A DNA stretch of 64,000 nt from contig OZ220732.1 in assembly GCA_965116905.1 (NCBI GenBank), forward strand, positions 4,000,001 to 4,064,000, written 5' to 3'. The DNA comes from Longimicrobiales bacterium (GTDB taxonomy: Bacteria > Gemmatimonadota > Gemmatimonadetes > Longimicrobiales > Gaopeijiaceae). Both the position numbers and the translations under genes were made by a program. Below the pieces are notes generated by a model that saw only the letters and a list, made by a program, of their open reading frames with translations, was not told the DNA's origin and did no database searches. Positions 9,960-18,342 of this stretch are shown piece by piece; the first letter of the stretch is position 1, and each line of letters begins with the position of its first letter.

Positions 9960-10610
9960 ATGACCCGGAACCGCTTCGCGAAAACTTCGAGAGCCTGGTT
10001 CGGGCTCCTCGCGACAGCTGCCCTCGGATCGTCCCCATACGCCGCGTTCGCGGCATCTCCCGCCTCGTCGCAGGCGACCCAGACCACCCCCGGCGACAAC
10101 GACGAAGCGGTGGTCGTGTACCTGGTGCGTCACGCGGAACGCGCCGAGAACGGGACCGACGATCCGCCGCTGGCGCTTGCCGGCCAGATCCGCGTGCAGC
10201 AGCTCCTGGGAATGCTCGCGGACGTGGACCTGACCCACGTGCACACGACCGACTTCAAGCGCACGCGGGACACCGCCCGCCCCTTTGCCGAAAAAGCCGG
10301 CGTCGAGTCCGCGATCTACGATCCACGCGACCTGGAAGCCCTGGCCACGGAGATCGCGGGGACGCCGGGGCGCCATCTGGTCGCCGGTCACAGCAACACC
10401 ACGCCGCAGCTGGTGGCGGCCCTGGGTGGCGACCCGTCGGATCCGATCGACGAATTCGAATACGACCGGCTCTACATTGTGGTCATTCAGCCGGGCAAGC
10501 CGGCCATGACGACCCTCCTGCGCTTCGGAGAGCCGTACGTCGAGGGTCTGGACTTCGGCCTGCGCGCGGGATCGACCGCCCTCAGAAGCTCACAACCAGG
10601 GCCACGGTAA
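9960..10610 (+). CDS. Histidine phosphatase (phosphoglycerate mutase/SixA-like), exported
   Basis: YLVRHAE, RTRDTA and VAGHSNT motifs; N-terminal signal peptide. Confidence 0.85.
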   Translation: MTRNRFAKTSRAWFGLLATAALGSSPYAAFAASPASSQATQTTPGDNDEAVVVYLVRHAERAENGTDDPPLALAGQIRVQQLLGMLADVDLTHVHTTDFKRTRDTARPFAEKAGVESAIYDPRDLEALATEIAGTPGRHLVAGHSNTTPQLVAALGGDPSDPIDEFEYDRLYIVVIQPGKPAMTTLLRFGEPYVEGLDFGLRAGSTALRSSQPGPR

Positions 10611-11466
10611 CGACCTGGTCCAGCTTCTTGCGGGGCACGAGCACCTCGCCTGCGGATTCGCCCAGTGCCGTCGACAACGGGACGCTGGCGAGCGCGGGAC
10701 GGTTGTCGAAGGTCGCACGGAAGGACGTCTTCAGGCCCAAGTGCTCGTTCATCGCGACGCTCAGCGAGTTCGTCCAGTCGGCGCGCACGTCACGGGTATC
10801 GTCGCCGTTCCCGTCGAGCACGAGGTCGCTTCGCCAGTCCGAGTTGTCCGTCAGCTGAAGCCGGAACTCGCACGACACCCTCGCTCCCAGGAAGCGGTCG
10901 CTCCACTCCGGATCCGGGACCACGTCCTGCTGGAGCGTGTGGGTGAGGCCGTAGGCGGTGCGCAAGCTCCGTCCCTCCGACTCGGTCCAGCGGGTGGAGA
11001 CGCCCAGGACATTGACGAGCCGGTTCTGAACGCCGGCGAAGGTGTTGCGGGTCCAGCCCGACTGTACAAAGAACGCGGTCCTCTCGGAGACCCTGCGGTC
11101 GAACCGCATCCTGGTGTAGTAGTTCTCCACCGACGTCAGCGTGGTGGACTGCTCGTCGATGCGGTAGTCGGTCGGCGTGCCCACGGCCGCGCGCGTCAGC
11201 CGCGTGGTGCGGGTTCGGATTCCTCCGGCTTCGATCTTGACGTCGCTGCGTTCCCATGAACGGGTCAGCGTGGTTGCGATTCCGAGCGTCGACGACACCG
11301 CGTTGCCGCCGGTGCGCACGAAGCTGAGTTCGCTCGAATTCATCCAGCGGCCCTGGTCCTGGAGCGCGCCGGCCGCCGAGGACGGCACAAGCAGGAGACA
11401 CAAGGCCGCTGCCGAAGCCAGGGCGTGACTCGGGGCCGCCGGCCACAATATCGTTGCTGTCTTCAC
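10582..11466 (-). CDS. DUF481-family outer-membrane beta-barrel protein
   Basis: Signal peptide, ELSFVRTGGN, amphipathic beta strands, C-terminal Phe; GTG start at 11466 inferred. Confidence 0.75.
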   Translation of the reverse strand: MKTATILWPAAPSHALASAAALCLLLVPSSAAGALQDQGRWMNSSELSFVRTGGNAVSSTLGIATTLTRSWERSDVKIEAGGIRTRTTRLTRAAVGTPTDYRIDEQSTTLTSVENYYTRMRFDRRVSERTAFFVQSGWTRNTFAGVQNRLVNVLGVSTRWTESEGRSLRTAYGLTHTLQQDVVPDPEWSDRFLGARVSCEFRLQLTDNSDWRSDLVLDGNGDDTRDVRADWTNSLSVAMNEHLGLKTSFRATFDNRPALASVPLSTALGESAGEVLVPRKKLDQVVTVALVVSF

Positions 11467-11504
11467 GTTCCGTCCCTTCCCTTCCCTTGGAGTTGTTCCC
11501 AACG

Positions 11505-12155
11505 ATGGCACGTTACGCTACGGAGTTCACCGGCGCGTTCTTCCTTGTGCTCACGATCGGTCTGGTCACCGTTCAGGGCGTCGTGCCCGCGCCCGTCGCC
11601 ATCGGTGCGGCCCTGATGGTGCTGGTCTACATGGGCGGACACATCTCGGGCGCGCACTACAACCCGGCGATCAGCATCGCGATCATGGTGCGGGGCAAGC
11701 TCGACCGCCGTGAACTGGTCCCCTATGCGATGGCCCAGGTTGCGGGCGCCGCCCTCGCCGCGCTGGTCGTCGCCGGTCTGACTGGCAGGTTCCTTGTTGT
11801 GGCCCCGGCCTCCGGCACTTCCGCCATCGTCGCGCTGCTCGCCGAACTGCTGTATACCTTCGCGCTGGCGCTGGTGATCCTGAACGTAGCAACCTCGCCG
11901 CGCACCGAAGGCAACTCCTACTACGGACTGGCCATCGGATTCACGGTGATGGCCGGCGCCTTTGCGGTCGGCGGGATCTCCGGCGGAGTCTTCAACCCGG
12001 CGGTGGGAACCGGTCCGATCCTGGTGGCGCTGGCGGATGGTGGTTCCCTCGGTGCGCTGTGGATCTACTGGGCGGGACCACTTGCTGGAGCGCTCCTCGC
12101 GGTACCGGTTTACCGACTTCAGCACCCGACTACCGGCGAGAGTGAGCGAGGGTAG
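11505..12155 (+). CDS. MIP family aquaporin
   Basis: SGAHYNPA and SGGVFNPA dual NPA motifs; WIYWAGP. Confidence 0.93.
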   Translation: MARYATEFTGAFFLVLTIGLVTVQGVVPAPVAIGAALMVLVYMGGHISGAHYNPAISIAIMVRGKLDRRELVPYAMAQVAGAALAALVVAGLTGRFLVVAPASGTSAIVALLAELLYTFALALVILNVATSPRTEGNSYYGLAIGFTVMAGAFAVGGISGGVFNPAVGTGPILVALADGGSLGALWIYWAGPLAGALLAVPVYRLQHPTTGESERG

Positions 12156-12198
12156 CACCGCACCGCGGAAGCCGCCCGCAGCGTTTTCGGCAAGTCCG

Positions 12199-12786
12199 CT
12201 ACCAGACGGTCACGTATCCGTCAGCTGCGAGGTCCCAGCGCCGACCGTAGACGTGGAGTCGCCTGGTCGGCACGCCGCCGTCCGTGAGCATTCCCCCGGC
12301 GTGCGTCCATCCGAGGACACTGCCTTCCAGGTTCATCATGTCGACACCGCGCTCGCGCATGCTGCGGGCGTAGGCCGAACTGCGGGCGCCGATCGTGCAG
12401 TACGCGACCAGGGTGCGGCCGCTTCGCCCGAGTTCGTCCAGGCGGTCCTCGAAGTCTTCGGCCGTGATCGCCCTGGGCAGCGTCGACACGGCCCGCTCCG
12501 CGTCGGTCCGCACGTCCACCAGCACGATGTCGGCCGATGGCAGCGCGCGCCTGAGCGACTCCGGAGAGATCGTCGGGACATCGGGATAGTCGGCCTTCAG
12601 TGCCTCCACCAGCCGGAGCACAGCCGCGTGCCGGGCCTCCTCGGTTCCGCGGGCCTGGGCGTGGGCCGGGGCGGGGGGCGCCACGCATGCCGCCAGAGCG
12701 AGCAGCACGACGCACCTCCGCATGAGTTTCGGGGTCCGCATGAGTTTCAGGGTCCGCATGAGTTTCGGGGCGGGGGCGTCACGCAT
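12199..12786 (-). CDS. Exported single-domain rhodanese-like protein
   Basis: LVDVRT, YCTIGARS active-site loop, NLEGS; signal peptide after MRRCVV. The start is ambiguous because the ATG region is triplicated. Confidence 0.82.
   Translation of the reverse strand: MRDAPAPKLMRTLKLMRTPKLMRRCVVLLALAACVAPPAPAHAQARGTEEARHAAVLRLVEALKADYPDVPTISPESLRRALPSADIVLVDVRTDAERAVSTLPRAITAEDFEDRLDELGRSGRTLVAYCTIGARSSAYARSMRERGVDMMNLEGSVLGWTHAGGMLTDGGVPTRRLHVYGRRWDLAADGYVTVW
12718..12771. repeat. 18-bp x3 tandem repeat, each unit containing an in-frame ATG
   Basis: ccgcatgagtttcggggt / ccgcatgagtttcagggt / ccgcatgagtttcggggc. Confidence 0.9.
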
Positions 12787-14194
12787 GCCGGTATGCCGGG
12801 GTGAAGATGTCGTTCACGGCCGCGACCCGGAAGCCCTCTCGCTCGAGCAACGACGCGGCGGCGGATGCGCGCGCACCGCTGAGGCAGTGGACGAGCAGTT
12901 CCCCGTCGCGCGGGAGCTCCTCGAGTCGCGCGGCGAGCCGCGTGTGGGCGATGTTCGTCGCACCGTCGATGCACGACCGTTCGAACTCGGTGGCGCGCCG
13001 CACGTCCAGCACGTGCACGCCGGCGGCGGCGCGGCGGCGCTCCAGTTCGGCGAAGTCGATGGCCTCGATGCTTGCGAGGCGGGTGCCGTTGGTGCGGCAC
13101 GCTTCCAGTTCCGCGGGCGTCGTCCAGGCCGTGACCCGGTCGAGGCCGATCCTGACCAGGTCGCGCACCGCTTCGTCGACCTGTGCCTCTTCGCAGACCA
13201 GCGCGATCCGCGCCGCCGGGTCGATGTAGCAACCCGCGATCGTGGGGAAGGACTTGTTGAGCGGCGCGTAGATGGAACCCGGGACGTGGGCTTCATAGTA
13301 GCCCAGCCGATCGGCGCGGGTATCGAGGACGATCGACCCGGGGTCGGCGGCCAGGGACAGGAGTTCGGCGCCCGTCAGCCGCCTGGGCCGGGGCAAGGGG
13401 CCGAGCAGCGCGGGGCCGCGCCGGTTCTCGACCTTCATGCGACCGAAGTAGAGGGGGGGCTCGGGCTGGCCGTCGAGGATGTACGAGACGAAGGCCTCCT
13501 CGCCGCTCCGAACGGCCGCCAGCGCGGGACTGAACCGCTTCTCGTAGCCGGCGGTGGTGTCGGGGACCGCGCCGAGAGCCTTGCCGCAGGCGCTGCCGGC
13601 GCCGTGGCCGGGCCAGATACGCAGGTAGTCCGGCAGTTCGAAGATCCCGACCGCGGAGCCGTAGAGACGGCGCGCCGAGGGTTCCATCTCGCCCGCGAGA
13701 CCCGCGGCCGACTCGAGGAGGTCGGGGCGGCCGAGATCGCCGACGAAGATGAAGTCGCCCGAAACCATGCCCATGGGCTCGGAGGCGCCGCTTCCCCGGT
13801 CGGTGATCATGAAGCTCAGGTGCTCGGGCGTGTGGCCGGGGGTGTGCACGGCCCGGATATCGATTCCCCCTACGCTGAAACCGTCTCCGTCGCGCAGCAG
13901 GGTGACCCGGTCGCGGCCCTCGGCCCATTCGTACTCCCAGTCCGGTCCGCCCTCTGCCGAAAGGTAGGCGCGGCACCCGAGGCGATCCGTGAACTCCAGG
14001 CACCCCGAGAGGAAATCGGCGTGAATGTGGGTCTCCGTCACGGCCGTGATCCGCAGTCCCTCCCGCCGCGCGAGCGCCACGTAGCGGTCGATGTCGCGCT
14101 GCGGGTCGATCACGACGGCCTCGCGCGAACGCTGGCACCCCACGAGGTACGCGTGCTGAGCCAGCTTGTCGTCGACGATCTGTCTGAAGAACAT
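12779..14194 (-). CDS. MBL-fold persulfide dioxygenase fused to rhodanese domains (CstB/Blh-like)
   Basis: ETHIHADF, HTPGHTPEH, GDFIFVGDLGRPDL, PGHGAGSACG; C-terminal LDVRR...HCLSGARA. Confidence 0.88.
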   Translation of the reverse strand: MFFRQIVDDKLAQHAYLVGCQRSREAVVIDPQRDIDRYVALARREGLRITAVTETHIHADFLSGCLEFTDRLGCRAYLSAEGGPDWEYEWAEGRDRVTLLRDGDGFSVGGIDIRAVHTPGHTPEHLSFMITDRGSGASEPMGMVSGDFIFVGDLGRPDLLESAAGLAGEMEPSARRLYGSAVGIFELPDYLRIWPGHGAGSACGKALGAVPDTTAGYEKRFSPALAAVRSGEEAFVSYILDGQPEPPLYFGRMKVENRRGPALLGPLPRPRRLTGAELLSLAADPGSIVLDTRADRLGYYEAHVPGSIYAPLNKSFPTIAGCYIDPAARIALVCEEAQVDEAVRDLVRIGLDRVTAWTTPAELEACRTNGTRLASIEAIDFAELERRRAAAGVHVLDVRRATEFERSCIDGATNIAHTRLAARLEELPRDGELLVHCLSGARASAAASLLEREGFRVAAVNDIFTPAYRHA

Positions 14195-14305
14195 GTGTTT
14201 CCTAACGGACCCGCGGCCCTGCCTGTCGTAGACGCGGAACGTGCAAGCTAAGGCGCGTTCCCGGAGAATGCAGTATCGAGCCTTTCAACATAGGAAGAAA
14301 TCACG

Positions 14306-14866
14306 ATGAATACGGCAAACGGGAACATCCGGACGACGACCGCCGCGGCTCTCTTGCTTGTTGCGGCAGCGGCAGTGGCCGCGGAGCACGCCGAGGGTCA
14401 GCGGCGGGGGAATATGGGGATGCGTGCCCGGGGTGCGGGCGCGTCGACGGTCGAGTACGCGCTGAGGCGCGCCGAAGCGCTCGAGCTGACCGAGGACCAG
14501 GTGACCCGCCTGGAAGCGCTTCGGGTCGGTGTGGTGGCGGAGAGAAGCGCTAACGCCGCCAGGCTCATGGAACTGTCCTCGGAAGTCCGCGCCGGGATCA
14601 CGGAGCGCGGCGCCATTCGGGAGGAACTGGCAGCGCTGCGGGAGGCGGGCGCGACCAACCGCGGGAACCTCCGCGACCAGCTCGGCGACATCCTCACCAG
14701 CGACCAGCAGGAGGAGCTCCGTAGGGCGCTCAGGCGCGCGGTGTGGCAGAACCGGCGCGGAACGATTCCGCGTGTCGACCGGCAGCGCGGTCCGTGGCGC
14801 GGGCGGGGCCTCGACCGCAACCGGAGGGGACCTCGGGCCCCGAGGCGCGATCGCCCGGGACGCTGA
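14306..14866 (+). CDS. Spy/CpxP-like periplasmic helical protein
   Basis: Signal peptide; LELTEDQ and ILTSDQQ (LTxxQ) motifs; Arg/Gly-rich tail. Confidence 0.65.
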   Translation: MNTANGNIRTTTAAALLLVAAAAVAAEHAEGQRRGNMGMRARGAGASTVEYALRRAEALELTEDQVTRLEALRVGVVAERSANAARLMELSSEVRAGITERGAIREELAALREAGATNRGNLRDQLGDILTSDQQEELRRALRRAVWQNRRGTIPRVDRQRGPWRGRGLDRNRRGPRAPRRDRPGR

Positions 14867-14919
14867 CCCCGGAACGGGACACGAACCCGGAGTTATGATA
14901 TATTGGGCACGCTTCCCGC

Positions 14920-14992
14920 GCCCTGCTAGCTCAACTGGTAGAGCATCCGACTCTTAATCGGCAGGTTCGGGGTTCGAGTCCCTGGCGGGGCA
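14920..14992 (+). tRNA. tRNA-Lys (anticodon CTT)
   Basis: GCCCTGCTAGCTCAACTGGTAGAGCATCCGACTCTTAATCGGCAGGTTCGGGGTTCGAGTCCCTGGCGGGGCA cloverleaf; CCA not encoded. Confidence 0.95.
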
Positions 14993-14997
14993 CTGGC

Positions 14998-15033
14998 ATG
15001 GGGTGGCTTCGGCGATGGCCGGGGCCACCCCAT
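14998..15033. terminator. Strong hairpin between convergent tRNA-Lys and manA
   Basis: ATGGGGTGGCTTCGGC-GATG-GCCGGGGCCACCCCAT, a 16-bp stem with two G-U pairs; no clear U-tract. Confidence 0.6.
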
Positions 15034-15036
15034 CGT

Positions 15037-16050
15037 TCATGGCAGGTATGCGCGCAGGGCGACCACGGCCTGGTCGGCACGGACCCGGAACCGGCCGATG
15101 GCGGCGGGCAGCAGCGCGAATCCGACCGATCCCAACCGGAGCGCGTCGTTCCGCCCGGCTTCCAGAGTCGCCGAACCCGACAGGACGCCCCATACCTCAC
15201 ACGTCTCGCCGTCGCGGAGGGCCTCGAAGTCGCACCCGGCGTCCAGGCCCACCCGTTCGACCACGAATTCGGCGCATTCGGCCAGCACCTCGCGCTTCAC
15301 CCCATCGCCGTCGTGGACCAGCCGCGGGCCAGCGGGCGCGGCAGCGGTGCCCGAGAAGTCGATCACGTCCAGCGCGCGCTCGACGTGCAGTTGCCGCGGC
15401 TTTCCGTCGGGACCCGGGCGGTCCCAGTCGTGGACCCGGTAGGTCGTGTCCGAACACTGCTGGATCTCGACCAGGACGATCCCCGACAGGATGCCGTGCA
15501 CCGTACCCGCCGGGACGAGGATCGCGTCCCCGGGCTCGACCGGCACCCGGTTGAGGCAGTCCGGCACGGTGCCGCGCGAGACCGCGCGGCGGAGCGCGGC
15601 CCGGTCGGTGCCCGCCCGGAGCCCGTGTATGACGCAGGCCCCCTCCTCGGCGTGGAGGACGTACCACATCTCGGTCTTGCCGGATTCGCCCAGTTCGTGG
15701 GCGGCGGCGTACTCGTTGTCCGGGTGCACCTGAACCGACAGCGCATGGGTTGCGTCGAGCAGCTTGACGAGGAGCGGGAACACGCCCCGCTCGGCGGCCT
15801 CCCGCCCGCGCGTGCCCACGAGCGCAACCCCGTACTCGGCTACGAGGCCGGGCAGGTCACGCCCCGAAAGCGGTCCCCGGTCCACCACGGACGGCTCGCT
15901 CGCGTGCCCCGACACCTCCCAGCTCTCGGCGACGACGCCGTCCGGGAGGTCGCGGCCGAGGAGGTCCGCCAGGCGCCGCCCGCCCCACATGTAGTGTTTG
16001 AGTCGCGGCGCGAAGGTCAGGGGGGCCGAAAGGGCGTGCGGTGTGGCCAT
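15037..16050 (-). CDS. manA: Mannose-6-phosphate isomerase, class I
   Basis: WGGRRL, ESWEVSGH, FPLLVKLLDA..LSVQVHP, GKTEMWY, AGTVH, EIQQCSDTTYRVHDW. Confidence 0.9.
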   Translation of the reverse strand: MATPHALSAPLTFAPRLKHYMWGGRRLADLLGRDLPDGVVAESWEVSGHASEPSVVDRGPLSGRDLPGLVAEYGVALVGTRGREAAERGVFPLLVKLLDATHALSVQVHPDNEYAAAHELGESGKTEMWYVLHAEEGACVIHGLRAGTDRAALRRAVSRGTVPDCLNRVPVEPGDAILVPAGTVHGILSGIVLVEIQQCSDTTYRVHDWDRPGPDGKPRQLHVERALDVIDFSGTAAAPAGPRLVHDGDGVKREVLAECAEFVVERVGLDAGCDFEALRDGETCEVWGVLSGSATLEAGRNDALRLGSVGFALLPAAIGRFRVRADQAVVALRAYLP

Positions 16051-16123
16051 GCAGGTAAGATATGGCCGCGCGCCTCCACGGACCGCCAGGCACCGGACAC
16101 TTCGCCCGGTGCCCGGCTCACGG

Positions 16124-17797
16124 TCACCTCGTCGTGAACGTGATCGGCAGCTGGACCCAGACCGGCACAGCCTGGTCCCGATTGAGCGCCGGGGTGAACC
16201 GGAAAACGGGCGCGACCCGCAACGCGGCCTCGTCCAGCGCCTCGTTGCCGGAGCTCGTCGCGACCTCCTGGCCCTGCACCACTCCCGTCTCGTCGATGAA
16301 GAACCACACGACTGTCGTGCCACCGATTCCGGCATCGCGGAGCAGCGGCGGATACTCGCGCTCCAGTGCCCTCATGACTTCGGCACCGTTGACGTAGTCG
16401 GGCTTGACGGTGAACGGCGTCAAGACCGGCCCGGCCGAAATGTCCGCCGCGGCGCCGTCGGCTTCGGCGCGCGCACGCTCGGCCTCCGCCCTTAGCTCGG
16501 CCACCATGGCCGCGCGCTCGGCCGCCGCTCGCTGCTCAGCCTCCGCCTCGGCCTCCTGAGCCCCCGAATCCATCGTGAACGTGACCGGCAAGCTGACCCA
16601 GACCGGCACGGCCCGATCACGATTCATCGCCGGGGTGAACCTGAACACACGCGCGACCCGCAGGGCGGCCTCATCGAGGGCGGTGTGCCCACTGGTCTCG
16701 TTAATGATCTGGTTCTGCACCGTCCCGGTCTCGTCGATGAAGAACCACACGATCGCGGTGCCTCCGATGCCGGCATCCCGCAGCAACGGCGGGTACTCGC
16801 TCTGGAGCGCCGCCATGATCTCTGCCCGGTTGACGTAGTCGGGCTTCACCGTATAGGGCGTGAAGACCGGCTCGGCGGAGACGTCCATCCCGGCTCCGGG
16901 CTCCATCCTGGCGCCCTCGCCCGTGATGCCCGGAATCACCACCGCAAGCCCGACGACCAGGATCGCGCCGAAGAGCAGCATCGCGCCCTGGGCCAGCCTG
17001 ATCTGGGGCGCCTTGCCCAGCAGCGCGCGTATGCGTCGTTCCAGCAGTGAGGGCTGTTCCGCAAGCGCCGCCACCGCCACGCCCGGCAGGAGCCCGCGCG
17101 CTGTCCCGACGCGAAGCAGCAGGTCTCCGTACAGCGCCCGTCTGTCGGGCCACCGGCGCATCACGCGGCTGTCGCAATCGAGTTCGAGCGCAAGGCCGAG
17201 ACGATGGTACTGGATCCACAGCGCGGGATTCCAGGGGAACGCGACAAGCAGCGCCGCAGCCAGAAAGCGAAGCTGTGCGTCGCGCGCCCTCTGGTGCTCC
17301 TCCTCGTGCGCCAGAACCAGTTCCTGCCGCTCCCGGCCCGCACCCCGCACCCACTCGGGAAGCACGATTCGCGAGGCGAAAAGCCCCACGACGGCCGGGC
17401 CGGAGTCGCGCGACCACAGCACCCGGCGCCCGAGCAGCGTGCCCTCTCGCCAGGACGCGCGGCGACGGACGAACCGCGAGGCGCCGATCAGCGCCGTGAT
17501 CAGCAGCACCGCCGAAAGGCCGGCCCAGCCCAGCTGCAGCACTCCGTCCAGGGAGTGGAGCGCCGAGTCGCCCGTGACGGTCAGGGGCTCCAGCATGATC
17601 GGGGCCGACGGGGGTGGGCCGGATGCCTCGCCGACGCCACTCGTGAACAGACGCACCGCCGGGAGAATCACCGTTCCGGCCCCGGCAGCCATCCACACCC
17701 AGCGCCGCCGACCGTCCAGCAGCCGTTCCAGGGCAAGTCCCGCGACGAGGAAAAGGAGCCCTGCTCCAATCGACCATAGCATCCACGCGGCAATCAT
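16124..17797 (-). CDS. M56 (BlaR1-type) membrane metallopeptidase with two C-terminal TonB_C domains
   Basis: GPAVVG, LAHEEEH (HExxH), WNPALW, ELDCD, LERRI; two near-identical EYPPLLRDAGIGGT..VWFFIDETG...LDEAALRVA..FRFTPA domains. Confidence 0.9.
   Translation of the reverse strand: MIAAWMLWSIGAGLLFLVAGLALERLLDGRRRWVWMAAGAGTVILPAVRLFTSGVGEASGPPPSAPIMLEPLTVTGDSALHSLDGVLQLGWAGLSAVLLITALIGASRFVRRRASWREGTLLGRRVLWSRDSGPAVVGLFASRIVLPEWVRGAGRERQELVLAHEEEHQRARDAQLRFLAAALLVAFPWNPALWIQYHRLGLALELDCDSRVMRRWPDRRALYGDLLLRVGTARGLLPGVAVAALAEQPSLLERRIRALLGKAPQIRLAQGAMLLFGAILVVGLAVVIPGITGEGARMEPGAGMDVSAEPVFTPYTVKPDYVNRAEIMAALQSEYPPLLRDAGIGGTAIVWFFIDETGTVQNQIINETSGHTALDEAALRVARVFRFTPAMNRDRAVPVWVSLPVTFTMDSGAQEAEAEAEQRAAAERAAMVAELRAEAERARAEADGAAADISAGPVLTPFTVKPDYVNGAEVMRALEREYPPLLRDAGIGGTTVVWFFIDETGVVQGQEVATSSGNEALDEAALRVAPVFRFTPALNRDQAVPVWVQLPITFTTR
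16127..16870. repeat. Intragenic duplication of the TonB_C-coding segment (about 16127-16420 and 16577-16870)
   Basis: Both copies share long runs such as tcgtcgatgaagaaccacacga and gttgacgtagtcgggctt. Confidence 0.85.
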
Positions 17798-18189
17798 TCG
17801 TCTTCTCCTTCTTCGGGGCGGCCCGCCGCCGCCAGGCGCTGGTCAAGCAACTCGCGGAGCCGCTTCACGGCTTCCGGCGACAGCTGTTCGTCCGATACCA
17901 GCTGGGTCATGAGGAGCTCCGCCGAACCTGAAAAGACCTTGTCCTTCAGTCGGCCGAGCACGGAACGTCCGGCCTCCACCCTGCCCAGCAGCGGCTGGTA
18001 CCGGTGGGCCCGCCCTTCCTTCACGTGGTTCACCATGCCCTTGGCCTCCAGAATGCGCAGCATGGTGAGGACGGTGTTGTAGGCCAGATCGTCGTCAAGG
18101 CGCTCGCGGACCTCGGCGACGGTCGCCGATCCCTGGTCCCACAAGACAGCCATGATGTCCATCTCTCGAGTGGTGAGCGTTCGGCTCAT
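17794..18189 (-). CDS. BlaI/MecI/CopY family transcriptional repressor
   Basis: LTTREMDIMAVLW...LAYNTVLTMLRILEAKG; AAGGAG RBS; ATGA overlap with the M56 gene. Confidence 0.93.
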   Translation of the reverse strand: MSRTLTTREMDIMAVLWDQGSATVAEVRERLDDDLAYNTVLTMLRILEAKGMVNHVKEGRAHRYQPLLGRVEAGRSVLGRLKDKVFSGSAELLMTQLVSDEQLSPEAVKRLRELLDQRLAAAGRPEEGEDE

Positions 18190-18275
18190 GCCATCTCCTT
18201 CTGCGGGCATCCACCCGCGCCTGGCGGTGAACGGCGCGTGCTCCGGACTTTCGGGCCGGGGGGCGTCGAAACACC

Positions 18276-18324
18276 AACTCCTATGTTATTAGTAGATGTT
18301 GGGACGATTTGTTCCCCATGTCAA
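18276..18324 (-). promoter_or_regulatory. sigma70-like promoter with an overlapping imperfect palindrome (candidate BlaI operator)
   Basis: Minus strand TTGACA (18324-18319), N17, CAACAT (18301-18296); AT-rich dyad AAC-TC-CTA-N9-TAG-AT-GTT at 18276-18300. Confidence 0.55.
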
Positions 18325-18342
18325 TTCAGGGGCGCTCGCGCT

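Noticed and set aside
12718..12771. Short repeats here and at 23396-23426 as a CRISPR array
   Set aside because: The units are directly adjacent with no unique spacers, and no cas genes are present.
14920..15036. tRNA-Lys or tRNA-Arg as integration sites of an island
   Set aside because: No integrase, no duplicated tRNA 3' end, and housekeeping genes on both sides.
16124..18189. Beta-lactam resistance locus (blaR1/blaI)
   Set aside because: The sensor has TonB_C domains instead of a penicillin-binding domain, and no beta-lactamase is adjacent.
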